A stretch of 64,000 bases of DNA, taken from an uncultured Clostridia bacterium. GTDB taxonomy: Bacteria > Bacillota > Clostridia > TANB77 > CAG-465. The notes beneath the pieces were generated by a model. It was not told the origin of the DNA. It did no database searches and was given only the letters and a program-made list of their open reading frames with translations. Every line of letters begins with the position of its first letter. The first letter of the stretch is position 1. Both the position numbers and the translations under genes were made by a program. Positions 9,574 to 19,588 of the stretch are shown piece by piece. The stretch spans positions 6,551-70,550 of the forward strand of contig CALXBS010000002.1 in NCBI GenBank assembly GCA_944386605.1, written 5' to 3'.

Positions 9574-10253
9574 AGATTCACTCTCTTCTTTAACATATCA
9601 ATTACCATATCAACGGTTTCATCATTTGTAAGCGGAGTCGTATCAATTTCTATTGCGTCCTCTGTTTTCTTTAGAGGAGACTCTTTTCTAGTGGAATCTT
9701 GTAAATCTCTTTTTGCAAGTTCATTTTTTACTTCATCAAACTCCTTAAATTCTCCTTTTTTAGCTAAGTCTCTTTGTCTTCTTCTTGTTCTAATCTCTAT
9801 TGTTGCCACCAAAAAGATTTTTAAAGTAGCATTTGGAAAAACAACACTTCCAATATCTCTACCCTCTAAAACGACATTTTGACTCTCTCCCATTTTTCTT
9901 TGTAAATCTACTAGTTTATTTCTAACCAAAGCAAATTTAGAAATATCAGAAGCCGCCATACTCACCTCAGAAGTACGTATTTTTTGTGTAACATCTTCAC
10001 CATTTAAAAATACTTTTGTCTCTTGATTTTGTGCTTCTAATCTTACTTCTACCTTATCTATATTTTCTTTTACAGTTTCCTCATTCATTTCCAAATGATT
10101 TTCTAAAAAATAAAGACCTGTTGCACGATACATAGCACCCGTATCAATGTACAATATATTTAATTTTTTGGCAATTCCTTTGGCTAAAACAGATTTCCCT
10201 GTAGCAGCACAACCATCAATTGCAATAACAAAATTTTCCCTTAAGTTTTCCAT
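9570..10253 (-). CDS. cmk: cytidylate kinase
   Basis: AIDGCAATGKSVLAKGIAKKL...IDTGAMYRA...LEGRDIGSVVFPNA is the CMP-kinase signature. I place the start at the internal ATG (MENLRENFVIAIDG) with an aagaggggagag RBS, rather than the track ORF start at 10382. Confidence 0.88.
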   Translation of the reverse strand: MENLRENFVIAIDGCAATGKSVLAKGIAKKLNILYIDTGAMYRATGLYFLENHLEMNEETVKENIDKVEVRLEAQNQETKVFLNGEDVTQKIRTSEVSMAASDISKFALVRNKLVDLQRKMGESQNVVLEGRDIGSVVFPNATLKIFLVATIEIRTRRRQRDLAKKGEFKEFDEVKNELAKRDLQDSTRKESPLKKTEDAIEIDTTPLTNDETVDMVIDMLKKRVNL

Positions 10254-10350
10254 GAATCTTTCTCTCCCCTCTTTATTTTTCTTAAAAATTATGATATCAT
10301 AGTTGTTAGTATTTGTAAAGTCATTTTTATAGAAAGGTTGTGAAGTTTTA

Positions 10351-10878
10351 ATGGGAAAAGATTTGGAAATATTTGATAACAAAATTATTATTCTTTATAT
10401 TATTGGAAATAATTCTAAACCTTTGTCCATAGCACAAATTGCTAAGTATTGTGAAGATTTTGAAGATATTACTTATTTTGATATTTGTGCCTATACAGAG
10501 TCTTTGACAAAAAGTAATTATATCAAGACCTTCTATGAAGATGGAAATCAGCTGTATAAGATCACAGATGATGGCTTGTCTATTCTTCAAGAATTATTAG
10601 AATTAATACCAGGAGTGAATTTATATACGATCAAAAAAATGATTCAAAAAAATATGGTAAAAGTAAAAACAGACTATGCTATTGATACCATGATTCTTCC
10701 TATTAAAGCAGAAGAATTTAAGGTTTCCTGCTATATTAAAGATGGGATTGATGAACTTGTAAACATCACCTTATATGCTGGTAATAAAGAGCAAGCAAAA
10801 AATATTGCTAAAAATTGGAATCAAAACGCCGAAACGATTTATTCGAAATTGTTAGAAATGATGACAAAAGAGGATTAG
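10351..10878 (+). CDS. hypothetical protein, possible small winged-helix regulator (175 aa)
   Basis: Clean ORF with ATG at 10351. No family confidently recognised. Confidence 0.45.
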   Translation: MGKDLEIFDNKIIILYIIGNNSKPLSIAQIAKYCEDFEDITYFDICAYTESLTKSNYIKTFYEDGNQLYKITDDGLSILQELLELIPGVNLYTIKKMIQKNMVKVKTDYAIDTMILPIKAEEFKVSCYIKDGIDELVNITLYAGNKEQAKNIAKNWNQNAETIYSKLLEMMTKED

Positions 10879-10879
10879 T

Positions 10880-10908
10880 TTGACTTCCTCTTTTCATTAT
10901 GATATAAT
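10880..10908 (+). promoter_or_regulatory. sigma-A-type promoter of serS (-35 TTGACT, 17-bp spacer, -10 TATAAT); a second TATAAT lies at 10924-10929
   Basis: Read directly: ttgact-tcctcttttcattatga-tataat. The leader is only about 35-40 nt, too short for a T-box. Confidence 0.5.
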
Positions 10909-10949
10909 TTTTGTTAATTTTAGTATAATTATGTTAGGGAGTGTATTTT

Positions 10950-12230
10950 ATGTTAGATATTAAATATATAAGAGAAAATAGTGAAATTGTAAAACAAGCA
11001 GCAAAAAATAAATTAATCGATGTGGATATTGATCGATTGTTAGAAGTAGATAAAAAATTGCGTGAACAAAATCAAAAATTAGATACTTTAAAAGAAGAAA
11101 GAAACACTCTATCTTCTAAAATTCCTCAACTAAAAGATGAAGAAAAGCAAAAAACAATTGCTTACGTAAAAGAATTAAAAGAACAAATTACTTCTTTAGA
11201 AAGTGTTGTTTTACCATTAAAAGAAGAATTTGATAACTTAATGTATCAAGTACCTGGTATTCCTTTTGAAGAAGTTCCAATCGGAAAAACAGATGAAGAC
11301 AACGTAGAAATCAAACGCGTTGGTGAAATCCCAACATTTGATTTTGAAATCAAAGATCACGTGGATCTTGCAGAAAGTTTAGATTTGGTAGATATTCCAA
11401 GAGGCGTAAAAGTAGCTGGTTCTAGATCTTATTACTTAAAAAACGAAGCCGTATTATTAGAAATGGCTTTATGTAGATATGTACTAGATAAGTTAATTAA
11501 AAAAGGATTTACCCCAATGACTGTTCCTACTCTTGTAAAAGAAGCACCTATGTATGGAACAAGTTATTTTCCAGGTGGTCGTGATCAGTCTTATGCTGTT
11601 ACAGAAGATAATCTTTATTTAGTTGGTACTTCTGAAGTATCTCTTGTTTCTTACCATAGTAACGAAACTTTTGAAAGCCCAGAAGCATTACCTAAAATGT
11701 ATTGTGGATATTCTAGTTGTTACAGACGTGAAGCTGGCACCTACGGTAAAGATACACGTGGATTATATAGAGTACATCAATTCACAAAAATTGAACAAGT
11801 CATTCTTTGCGAAGCAGATTATGACAAACAATATGCATTACATGATTTCCTACTAAACAATGCAGAAGAAATTTTACAAGAATTAAATATCCCATATCGT
11901 GTTGTAAAAGTATGCACAGGTGACATGGGAATTGGTCAAGTAAGAAAACATGACATTGAAGCTTGGATGCCAAGTCGTGGTAAATATAGTGAAACGCATT
12001 CTTGTTCTTCTTTTAACGATTTCCAAGCAAGAAGATCTAATATTAAATATAAAGATAAAGATGGAAATACAAAATATTGTTATTCACTTAATAATACCGC
12101 AATTGCTTCTCCAAGAATTTTAATCCCATTACTAGAATTAAATCAAAATAAAGATGGATCTGTTGATATTCCTGAGGTTTTAATTCCATATATGGGTGGT
12201 ATAACAAAAATAGAACCTAAAACAAAATAA
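10950..12230 (+). CDS. serS: seryl-tRNA synthetase
   Basis: MLDIKYIREN... N-terminal coiled-coil arm plus class II core motifs (GYSSCYRREAG; RVHQF.K.EQ). RBS agggag sits 10 nt upstream of ATG at 10950; the track ORF begins at an upstream GTG. Confidence 0.93.
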   Translation: MLDIKYIRENSEIVKQAAKNKLIDVDIDRLLEVDKKLREQNQKLDTLKEERNTLSSKIPQLKDEEKQKTIAYVKELKEQITSLESVVLPLKEEFDNLMYQVPGIPFEEVPIGKTDEDNVEIKRVGEIPTFDFEIKDHVDLAESLDLVDIPRGVKVAGSRSYYLKNEAVLLEMALCRYVLDKLIKKGFTPMTVPTLVKEAPMYGTSYFPGGRDQSYAVTEDNLYLVGTSEVSLVSYHSNETFESPEALPKMYCGYSSCYRREAGTYGKDTRGLYRVHQFTKIEQVILCEADYDKQYALHDFLLNNAEEILQELNIPYRVVKVCTGDMGIGQVRKHDIEAWMPSRGKYSETHSCSSFNDFQARRSNIKYKDKDGNTKYCYSLNNTAIASPRILIPLLELNQNKDGSVDIPEVLIPYMGGITKIEPKTK

Positions 12231-12271
12231 AAAAAGATACTGAGTAATATAAAACTACTCAGTACTTTTTA
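12231..12271 (+). terminator. bidirectional rho-independent terminator shared by serS and the convergent 115-aa gene
   Basis: aaaaa-gatactgagta-atataaaac-tactcagtac-ttttt. Confidence 0.6.
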
Positions 12272-12602
12272 TGTCTATTGGAGGGCATGAAAATAATTGT
12301 TCCAGTTCTTTTATTTCCAACTCAAATTGTTGACAAATAGAAAAGTTAGGTGTTGTCATCACATAATAAAAATATCGATGTGGAATCTCCATATAATTTT
12401 CTACTTTGCCTCCCTTTTTGATCAGCCAAACCAAAAATTCCTTAAAGTCCTCCATATTTCTTTCTAAGCAGACATTTTTTATACTTGCTAATACTTCGTT
12501 TGCAAAAGAAATTGCATGAGCAACTGCCCTTTTCTTTTCTTTTTCTAATGCTTCATTATATTCTTCTGCTCTTCTAATGATATCGCTTTTGAAAATTTCC
12601 AT
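12255..12602 (-). CDS. hypothetical protein (115 aa)
   Basis: RBS aagggagaag sits 7 nt before ATG. Protein-like composition. The last codons lie inside the shared terminator stem. Confidence 0.5.
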   Translation of the reverse strand: MEIFKSDIIRRAEEYNEALEKEKKRAVAHAISFANEVLASIKNVCLERNMEDFKEFLVWLIKKGGKVENYMEIPHRYFYYVMTTPNFSICQQFELEIKELEQLFSCPPIDIKSTE

Positions 12603-12757
12603 AGGCTTCTCCCTTTTCTTATTTATTCCATTTCTTGTAAAATTCTTTTTTTATTATATCATTTTATAAATATTATGTCAAATTGTATTTTACTTTGTCA
12701 CATCATATTGCTTTTTTCTATAAAATATGTTATGATAAAATACAAGTGAGGTAAATT

Positions 12758-13339
12758 ATGTTAAAAAATGTAAAATTTGAAACATCTGTTTATTCGGCAG
12801 ATAAATTATTAAATACACCTTTCAAGCAAATCGTTTTAGTAGGAAAATCTAATGTTGGAAAATCTTCTTTTATTAATGCTTTATGTCAGCAAAAAAATTT
12901 AGCAAAAGTTGGGCAAACTCCTGGTAAAACTAGAAGTATCAATTATTATAACGTAGATCAAAAATTTTATTTAGTTGATCTTCCAGGTTATGGTTATTCT
13001 ACCATGTCTCAAAAAGAAAAACAAAATATTAATGCTTTAATTGATCAATATATTACAAAAAAAGAACAAATTAAGCATATCTTTTTCTTAGTCGATATTA
13101 GACATAAACCAACTGAAAATGACAGAATTATGTATGAGTGGCTTTTACAAAAAGATATTCCATTTACCATTGTTGCTACTAAAGCAGATAAAGTTGCAAA
13201 AACAAAAATAGATGCATATTTACTCGACATTACAAAAACTCTATTTGCAAAAGAAAAAATCATTGCATTTTCTAGTCAAAATAAATTAAATCTAGATACC
13301 ATTGAAAAAATAATTGAACAAGAAATAGCGGTAAACTAA
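12758..13339 (+). CDS. engB: ribosome biogenesis GTP-binding protein EngB/YsxC
   Basis: 193 aa; VGKSNVGKSSFINAL...GQTPGKTRSINYY...LVDLPGYGY. Confidence 0.88.
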   Translation: MLKNVKFETSVYSADKLLNTPFKQIVLVGKSNVGKSSFINALCQQKNLAKVGQTPGKTRSINYYNVDQKFYLVDLPGYGYSTMSQKEKQNINALIDQYITKKEQIKHIFFLVDIRHKPTENDRIMYEWLLQKDIPFTIVATKADKVAKTKIDAYLLDITKTLFAKEKIIAFSSQNKLNLDTIEKIIEQEIAVN

Positions 13340-13359
13340 ATCTTACCGCTATTTTTAAC
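13326..13359 (+). terminator. terminator hairpin at the engB 3' end, between convergent genes
   Basis: gcggtaa-actaaatc-ttaccgc-tattttt. Confidence 0.45.
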
Positions 13360-14068
13360 ATTCTTTTTCTATTTCTTTTTCTGCCTTATTACTAATCTTA
13401 TATCCTATCAATCCTAATACTAGAAAAATTCCTACTAAAATTGCTCCTAATAAAAATTCTCCCTCGGATAAACTATCACCTGCATAAACCGTTAAAAATA
13501 ATCCTGGAATTCTGGCAATGGTAGCAATTGCTAGAAATCTCTTTGGATTTACAGGACTAATCCCCGCCACATAAATAAAAATATCTTTTGGAATTAACGG
13601 AATTACAAACATGATAAACATAAAAAGCTCTAACTTTTTCGGATTCTTAAATATTTTCTTTTGTTTAATCTTATTTATTTGTTCTTCACTAAAAAATAAC
13701 TCTATAAAGCTCATTCCAATTTTTCGCGTTAAAAAAAATACAATTCCTGTCCCTATTAGAATCCCTACTAAACATAAAGCCATACCGCCCCATGTTCCAT
13801 AAAGAATACCTGAAATAATCTCCATCGGCTGCCCTGGGATCACTGCTACCACAATTTGTAATATTTGCAATCCTAACGTAATTAAAACTCCTGTAAATCC
13901 CATATTAGCAATATCTTCTTGCAACTCTATTCTTCCTTCTTCTGTACCAAGTTTAGAAATAAAAGGCAATGCTTTTATGGTTACAAAAGCAATTAATGCA
14001 ATGGTTAATGCAATAATAATAAAACGAATAATTAAAATTTTTCTTTTACTCTTAGTTAACTGATTCAT
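13355..14068 (-). CDS. TVP38/TMEM64 (DedA-like) family membrane protein
   Basis: Multi-TM protein with family-typical segments (ISGILYGTWGG; VIPLIPKDIFIYVAGIS). Start taken at the internal ATG with an aagaggaga RBS. Confidence 0.7.
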   Translation of the reverse strand: MNQLTKSKRKILIIRFIIIALTIALIAFVTIKALPFISKLGTEEGRIELQEDIANMGFTGVLITLGLQILQIVVAVIPGQPMEIISGILYGTWGGMALCLVGILIGTGIVFFLTRKIGMSFIELFFSEEQINKIKQKKIFKNPKKLELFMFIMFVIPLIPKDIFIYVAGISPVNPKRFLAIATIARIPGLFLTVYAGDSLSEGEFLLGAILVGIFLVLGLIGYKISNKAEKEIEKEC

Positions 14069-14193
14069 AACGTCTCCTCTTTTTATCTTCTTGATTATAC
14101 CATATAACGATTGTTTAAACAATAAAATAACATTTTTTTCTAATAACATCATAAGATATATTATATATTATGATAAAAAAGGATGTGAATGTT

Positions 14194-15075
14194 ATGCTTT
14201 TTAGAGGTTCAGGAGTTGCTTTAATTACTCCATTTACAAAAGAAAATCAAATTCATTATGAAAAATTAGAAGAATTGATTCATTTTCATATTCATGAACA
14301 AACAGATGCACTTATTATAGGGGGAACAACGGGAGAAGCCTCTACCCTATCTTTTAGTGAAAAAAAAGAAATGATTCAATTTTGTGTAAAACAAAATAAC
14401 CATCAAATCCCCTTAATTGCTGGTACTGGAGGTAATAATACAGAACAAGTAATAAAACTTACCAAAACTGCGCAAGATTTAGGTGTAGATGGTGCTCTTA
14501 TTGTTACTCCCTATTATAATAAATGTAATCAAGAAGGACTTTACAGACATTATGAAAAAATTGCAAATGCTTGTCAAAACTTACCCATTATTTTATACAA
14601 CGTGCCTTCTAGAACAGGAGTAGATATTTCTATGGATACTCTTATCCAATTATCTAATATTCCTAATATTGTAGGAATCAAAGAAGCAAGTCCCGATCTT
14701 CATAAAATCGCCTCTTTACGTCTAAAACTAAAAGATGATTTTGCTATTTATTCCGGAAATGATGATTTATTACTTCCAACACTTTCTTTAGGAGGCGATG
14801 GGGTTATTTCTGTACTTGCTAATCTTTACCCAAAAGCAGTTCATGAAATATGTTACCAATATTTTAATCATAATCTCCCTAAATCACAAGCGTTATTTTA
14901 TCAATATTTTGATTTAATACATGCACTTTTCTTAGACGTAAATCCAATCCTTGTAAAAGAAGCAATGAATATATTAGGCTATCAAGTTGGAGATACGAGA
15001 CTTCCCCTTTGTTCTTCTAGCTCTAAAAATTTACAAATTCTTAAGCAGGAATTACAAAAATTGCAAATTGAGTAG
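14194..15075 (+). CDS. dapA: 4-hydroxy-tetrahydrodipicolinate synthase
   Basis: GVALITPF...IGGTTGE...TPYYNK...YNVPSRTG; ATG at 14194 with aaagga upstream. Confidence 0.9.
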   Translation: MLFRGSGVALITPFTKENQIHYEKLEELIHFHIHEQTDALIIGGTTGEASTLSFSEKKEMIQFCVKQNNHQIPLIAGTGGNNTEQVIKLTKTAQDLGVDGALIVTPYYNKCNQEGLYRHYEKIANACQNLPIILYNVPSRTGVDISMDTLIQLSNIPNIVGIKEASPDLHKIASLRLKLKDDFAIYSGNDDLLLPTLSLGGDGVISVLANLYPKAVHEICYQYFNHNLPKSQALFYQYFDLIHALFLDVNPILVKEAMNILGYQVGDTRLPLCSSSSKNLQILKQELQKLQIE

Positions 15076-15079
15076 AGGA

Positions 15080-15206
15080 ATAACACTTAGTGTGTTTTTC
15101 CCCTCTCACACCACCACTCAAGCGGTTCTCGCAAGTGGCGGTTCAATTTGTCCACTACGGACTTTCACCGATTAGCTAAATGACATGCCTGTCGCACTAA
15201 GGAAAA
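15080..15206 (+). ncRNA. unclassified G/C-rich structured element between the dapA stop and a strong terminator (possible 3'UTR structure or small RNA; family not identified)
   Basis: Visibly G/C-rich versus flanks. A long-range pairing cttagtg(15097-15103)/cactaag(15195-15201) encloses local hairpins (ccact..agtgg; gtcc-actac-ggac). No ORF or RBS. Confidence 0.25.
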
Positions 15207-15250
15207 GCTACTGAAAGTATACAACTTTGTATCTTTCAGTAGCCTTTTTT
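15207..15250 (+). terminator. rho-independent terminator with a long near-perfect stem (about 17 bp) and T6; also sits at the 3' end of the convergent DUF488 gene
   Basis: agctactgaaagtatacaa-ctt-tgtatctttcagtagcc-tttttt. Confidence 0.7.
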
Positions 15251-15685
15251 CTACATCACTTGTTCTAACAATTCTCTAATGTACTTTGGCCTTTCTAAAA
15301 AAGTAATATTTCCCGCCTCGTCAATAGCAATTTCTTTTACTTCCACATGTAATGTCATTTCCAACCATTCTGCTACAATGTGTCTGTGACAGAACTCTTG
15401 ATCCTTTTCATAGCAAAGTAAAATAGGATCATCTCCTAATTCTTGCAAAACCGTTTGAGGATCCAAATGAGAAAGAACCTGATCAAAATAGCATTTCACA
15501 TAATACTGATTATTTTCTCTTTCAGGAATGATTCCTCTATTTTGTTTCCAAATCCTCCAAAACGTCCGAATGGGTGCAAGCTTACTATAACATCTGCCAT
15601 GAAAGTCCGCATCTTTTCCTCTGTCAAAAGAAATAGAAATTAGATTTCCACTAAGACAATTTGCATAATTACCCGTATAGATCAT
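15251..15685 (-). CDS. DUF488-family protein
   Basis: C-terminal LLCYEKDQEFCHRHIVAEWLE fits the DUF488 (YeaO-like) pattern. Start at ATG 15685 with an AAGGAG RBS. Confidence 0.6.
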   Translation of the reverse strand: MIYTGNYANCLSGNLISISFDRGKDADFHGRCYSKLAPIRTFWRIWKQNRGIIPERENNQYYVKCYFDQVLSHLDPQTVLQELGDDPILLCYEKDQEFCHRHIVAEWLEMTLHVEVKEIAIDEAGNITFLERPKYIRELLEQVM

Positions 15686-15767
15686 CTTTACCACTCCTTA
15701 AAAATTATTTTTATGGTTTCTTTTTAGTATGTCTATTATACAGCATTTTCTCTCTTTTTTCAAGAAG

Positions 15768-16151
15768 CTATAATACATGTTCAAAAGTAAGTCTTTGTTT
15801 ATCTACGATTTCATCTACAATTTCTTTTAAAATCATACTTGAACGCAAAGATTCCTCTTCATTTTTTAGCTCAATATTAATTTTTAACATAGCAAGTTTT
15901 TCTTCTAAATCATCTATTCTTTCATGATTAACAAAGATGTTCCAAACCTTTTCTACACTTCCCCAAGTTGATTCAAGTGTCTTCACACGTTCTTTTGCAA
16001 GATCCATATTAGACTGTTCTATTGCACTTTTTACATAATCTACATCCGTTTTGATATATCTAGATGTATTTTCTAAATATCTTGTTTCATAAATTCCACC
16101 ACTAATTAAAAGAAGTAAAGATAATATTAATATGATCACTTGTTTTCCCAT
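15768..16151 (-). CDS. DUF4363-family protein with a signal anchor
   Basis: 127 aa, N-terminal TM helix. Classic partner of DUF421 genes. Confidence 0.6.
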   Translation of the reverse strand: MGKQVIILILSLLLLISGGIYETRYLENTSRYIKTDVDYVKSAIEQSNMDLAKERVKTLESTWGSVEKVWNIFVNHERIDDLEEKLAMLKINIELKNEEESLRSSMILKEIVDEIVDKQRLTFEHVL

Positions 16152-16154
16152 ATT

Positions 16155-16817
16155 CTACACCTCACTTTTTAATTGATAAAGAAATCTTGAATTTTCATCC
16201 ATTGTTCCTACCAATACATCTTCTAAATTCAGTTGATTCTTATTTAATAACTTACTAACATCTGCTTCTGACATTTTTAATATTTCTAAATTAGACTCTG
16301 CTATTTTCCCATTTTCAATAATATTTAATGGAACATTTGCCATCTGATCACTATATTTAACCACACTAATATTTCCATTATTTTCCACCATCGCACATTT
16401 TACATCTTGAATTTTAAATACATCTTTTTCTCTCAATTGACTCATTAAATCTGGAATGGTATATTGAAGTTTAGAAAATTCTTTTTCTACAATCTTTCCA
16501 TCTTGTATAATCACTACTACTTTTCCACAAACCACTTCTTCTACTTTATTACTACTTCTTACAAACCAAGTAAAAATGATATAGGTAATCAGTAATGTAA
16601 CAATTGGAATAATTCCGTCAAAAATAGAAATACCTCTTGATGACATTGGCGCAGAAGCTAGCTCAGATATTAATATAATAATTGCAAACTCAAAGGGTTG
16701 CACTTTTGAAAGTTCCTTTTTTCCCATTAATCGTATTACTAAAAATACGATTACATAAAGAATAATTGCTCTAAAAAAAACTATTAACATAAAATCACCT
16801 AATCTTATTTTTTGCAT
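16155..16817 (-). CDS. DUF421 (YetF-like) membrane protein
   Basis: Two N-terminal TM segments plus a soluble C-domain. Tightly linked to the DUF4363 gene. An internal ATG about 9 codons in has a better RBS. Confidence 0.7.
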   Translation of the reverse strand: MQKIRLGDFMLIVFFRAIILYVIVFLVIRLMGKKELSKVQPFEFAIIILISELASAPMSSRGISIFDGIIPIVTLLITYIIFTWFVRSSNKVEEVVCGKVVVIIQDGKIVEKEFSKLQYTIPDLMSQLREKDVFKIQDVKCAMVENNGNISVVKYSDQMANVPLNIIENGKIAESNLEILKMSEADVSKLLNKNQLNLEDVLVGTMDENSRFLYQLKSEV

Positions 16818-16863
16818 AAAATAAAAAAATATTCAAATAATATTCTCAAAGGATGGTGTTTTT

Positions 16864-17232
16864 ATGGAACAAATACAAAAATTAAGTAAAAAAATAAATT
16901 TAAAAAGATCTTCACAACTCCTAATACGTTTTTTTAGCTCCTTATCTATTTTTGCAATTACAGTATTTTTTACCCCTAACTTTCAAATTGCCTCTTTCCC
17001 TATTTTAATATTAAGTTCTCTTACCGTTATGATACTAGACTATTTCATGTCCGTTATTATAGGAATACATGATCTTCCACTTGGCAGAGGACTTGTAGGC
17101 TTTACCAGTTTTTGCATTATTATCTACATTACGCAATATTTTGTTAGCGGATATTATATTTCCATCTTTAGCAGTGTCATAGCAGGAGCTATTTATGGAA
17201 TTATGGATAGTATGATCCCAAATCATGTATAA
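16864..17232 (+). CDS. hypothetical small membrane protein (122 aa)
   Basis: Three or four hydrophobic helices. Followed by a terminator. Confidence 0.4.
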   Translation: MEQIQKLSKKINLKRSSQLLIRFFSSLSIFAITVFFTPNFQIASFPILILSSLTVMILDYFMSVIIGIHDLPLGRGLVGFTSFCIIIYITQYFVSGYYISIFSSVIAGAIYGIMDSMIPNHV

Positions 17233-17234
17233 TA

Positions 17235-17278
17235 CAAAAACTCCATTTTAAGCATGTTGCTTATCATGGAGTTTTTTG
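17235..17278 (+). terminator. bidirectional rho-independent terminator
   Basis: aaaaa-ctccat-tttaagcatgttgcttatc-atggag-tttttt. Confidence 0.6.
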
Positions 17279-19588
17279 TTAAATAATTGCTTTTCGTATA
17301 CCATAAATATTCATAACAGAATTCTGATCTATATTTTTTCTTTCTTTTACCAGTCGCATAATACAATCTATATGATCACAAATAATAGCATACTGAAAGC
17401 CATAAGAATCTTTTAAAATATAGTTTTCTTTTAAACAAGGCATACTACATTTTTTACTACTTCTATTTGCTACAAAACTTCCTAAAATGCAATAACGTGA
17501 TGTCATTACCGTAACATAATCCTTTACCAATTCTAGCTTTACATATTTTGCCATATCCTTTATATGACTTATTTCCATATCAAAGGCTGGAACAATCACA
17601 TCAAAGCCAATTTCTTTCATAAAAAGAGCACTATATACATTTGTAATATTGAATGCTTCATCTGCAATGAGTGTTAATTTCTTTTTCTTCCTTATATTTT
17701 GAATTAGTTCTAAATAGGAAAAACTAGATAAAATAACTGTATCAATTCCTCTTAAGATGATTCTTTCTAAATTTTGTTTAATCCATTTATCTAAGTTTTT
17801 TAAAACAAAATTTGGAATATACAATGCAATCTCTACTTTGGAACCATATTTTGAAAAAATACTCTCTTCATATTTCATAAAATCTTGAATAGAAATATCG
17901 ATTCTATCTATTGTTGGATATTTTTCAAGATAATTGATATCCTCATGATATTGATAAATAAAAAGTGCATTGCAAGGAATAGATTCTTCTACCTTTTCTT
18001 GCTTAAGTTTTAAAATATCTTCAAGATTTATCTTGTTAACTTGTTTTCTTATCTTCCATTTTTTCTCTAATTTTGATACAATATTTCTTCTAATCTCATT
18101 TAATACAGAAATTGGAACAAAAACATCTTCATCTAATGTTATATTTTTCATACAAAAAGAAAATGCAGTATCTAGTGTTTTAGAAAAAACAGTGGCAATA
18201 TCTTCTTTTGATAATGCTTTTTTAATTGCTTTTTCTGGAACTATATCCATACTTTGCATGAAAATTTCTTCTTTTTCATCCCATACTCTTACTTGTATTC
18301 TTTCCTCTTTTTTGATTTTTATATCTACATTTAACTTTCTTTGATTCCTATTTGCATGAACAAATGTTTTACTTATATTTTTATTTAAGGTATAACAGGA
18401 TGTTTTATAAATAGAAGAACCAAACTTGATTTTTTTAGAAATATCTCCAAGCCATACGCATTCTCCTGCTTTTGCCTCTTTATTAATGGTATTTCCATTT
18501 TCATCTTTAATACAAGTAACAACAGTAGAAACAACATCCTCTTCCGAGTAAATTTCTATACCATCGTGTAAATCAATATTTTTTTCAAGCTTTACCTGAA
18601 CATACATTTTTCTTTGGTTTATCACACGACCAAGATATATTCCTGTATTTTTAGGAGAATGTAATGTGATACTCTCCTGGTATTTTACGTGATCTAAATA
18701 CCCACTACTTTTTCCATCTCTATTAAATATTTGCATGATTTCTTCTTCATCTTGTTGCTCTATTTCTAACTTTTGCTCTAGAGAATACTGATCAATATAT
18801 TTTCTATACTTACTAACTACTAAAGCTACATATTCAGGTGTTTTATTCCTTCCTTCTATTTTAATGGAATCTATATGAGACAGAAAGATTTGAGCCATAT
18901 GAGGCAATCCATAAATATCCTTTTTACTCAATAAATACTGCTCTTTTTGTAATATTTTTCCTTTGCTATTTAATAAACTATATCGCATTCTACAAGGTTG
19001 TGCACATCTTCCTCTATTAGCACTCCTATTTCCAATCGTACTACTTAACAAGCATTGACCAGACAAACTGACACACAAAGCTCCATGTACAAAAACTTCA
19101 ATTTCAGCTTCTAAATGCTCCCCAATATATTTGATTTCATCTAAAGTTAATTCACGTGCTAGCACAATTCTTGTAAAGCCAATACTTTGCAAAAAGTAAG
19201 CTTGCTCTAAAGAATAAACACTCATTTGTGTACTTGCATGTAAATGTAAATTAGGTAACATTTTATGAATCAAACGAGCTAGTCCAATATCTTGTAAAAT
19301 AACGGCATCTAATCCATATGAGTCAAGTTTTAATACCATTTCTAATGCTTCTTTTATTTCTTCATCATACATCAAAGTATTTAATGTTAAATATACCTTT
19401 ATACCTCTTAAATGTGCATAATCAATTGCAGCTATAAATTGCTCTTCTGTAAAGTTTTGTGCCATTGTTCTTGCATTAAATTTTGGCATTCCCATATAAA
19501 TTGCATTGGCACCAGCATTACAAGCAGCAATAAAGCACTCCATATTTCCAGCAGGTGCTAATAGTTCTATTTTATTCTTTTTTAACAT
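17279..19588 (-). CDS. peptidase U32 family protein (long form, 769 aa)
   Basis: ELLAPAGN...AGANAIYMG...HASTQMSV...GALCVSLSGQC..NRSANRGRCAQPCR are the U32 collagenase-like motifs. Confidence 0.88.
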   Translation of the reverse strand: MLKKNKIELLAPAGNMECFIAACNAGANAIYMGMPKFNARTMAQNFTEEQFIAAIDYAHLRGIKVYLTLNTLMYDEEIKEALEMVLKLDSYGLDAVILQDIGLARLIHKMLPNLHLHASTQMSVYSLEQAYFLQSIGFTRIVLARELTLDEIKYIGEHLEAEIEVFVHGALCVSLSGQCLLSSTIGNRSANRGRCAQPCRMRYSLLNSKGKILQKEQYLLSKKDIYGLPHMAQIFLSHIDSIKIEGRNKTPEYVALVVSKYRKYIDQYSLEQKLEIEQQDEEEIMQIFNRDGKSSGYLDHVKYQESITLHSPKNTGIYLGRVINQRKMYVQVKLEKNIDLHDGIEIYSEEDVVSTVVTCIKDENGNTINKEAKAGECVWLGDISKKIKFGSSIYKTSCYTLNKNISKTFVHANRNQRKLNVDIKIKKEERIQVRVWDEKEEIFMQSMDIVPEKAIKKALSKEDIATVFSKTLDTAFSFCMKNITLDEDVFVPISVLNEIRRNIVSKLEKKWKIRKQVNKINLEDILKLKQEKVEESIPCNALFIYQYHEDINYLEKYPTIDRIDISIQDFMKYEESIFSKYGSKVEIALYIPNFVLKNLDKWIKQNLERIILRGIDTVILSSFSYLELIQNIRKKKKLTLIADEAFNITNVYSALFMKEIGFDVIVPAFDMEISHIKDMAKYVKLELVKDYVTVMTSRYCILGSFVANRSSKKCSMPCLKENYILKDSYGFQYAIICDHIDCIMRLVKERKNIDQNSVMNIYGIRKAII

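Noticed and set aside
10879-10949. Possible T-box leader upstream of serS
   Set aside because: The promoter-to-ATG distance is only about 35-40 nt, far too short for a specifier/antiterminator structure.
15100-15200. RNase P RNA suggested by a minus-strand GAAAGUCCG motif
   Set aside because: Only about 130 nt are available between the two flanking CDSs. Other universally conserved RNase P regions (P4 3' half, J11/12, ACAGNA) are not present.
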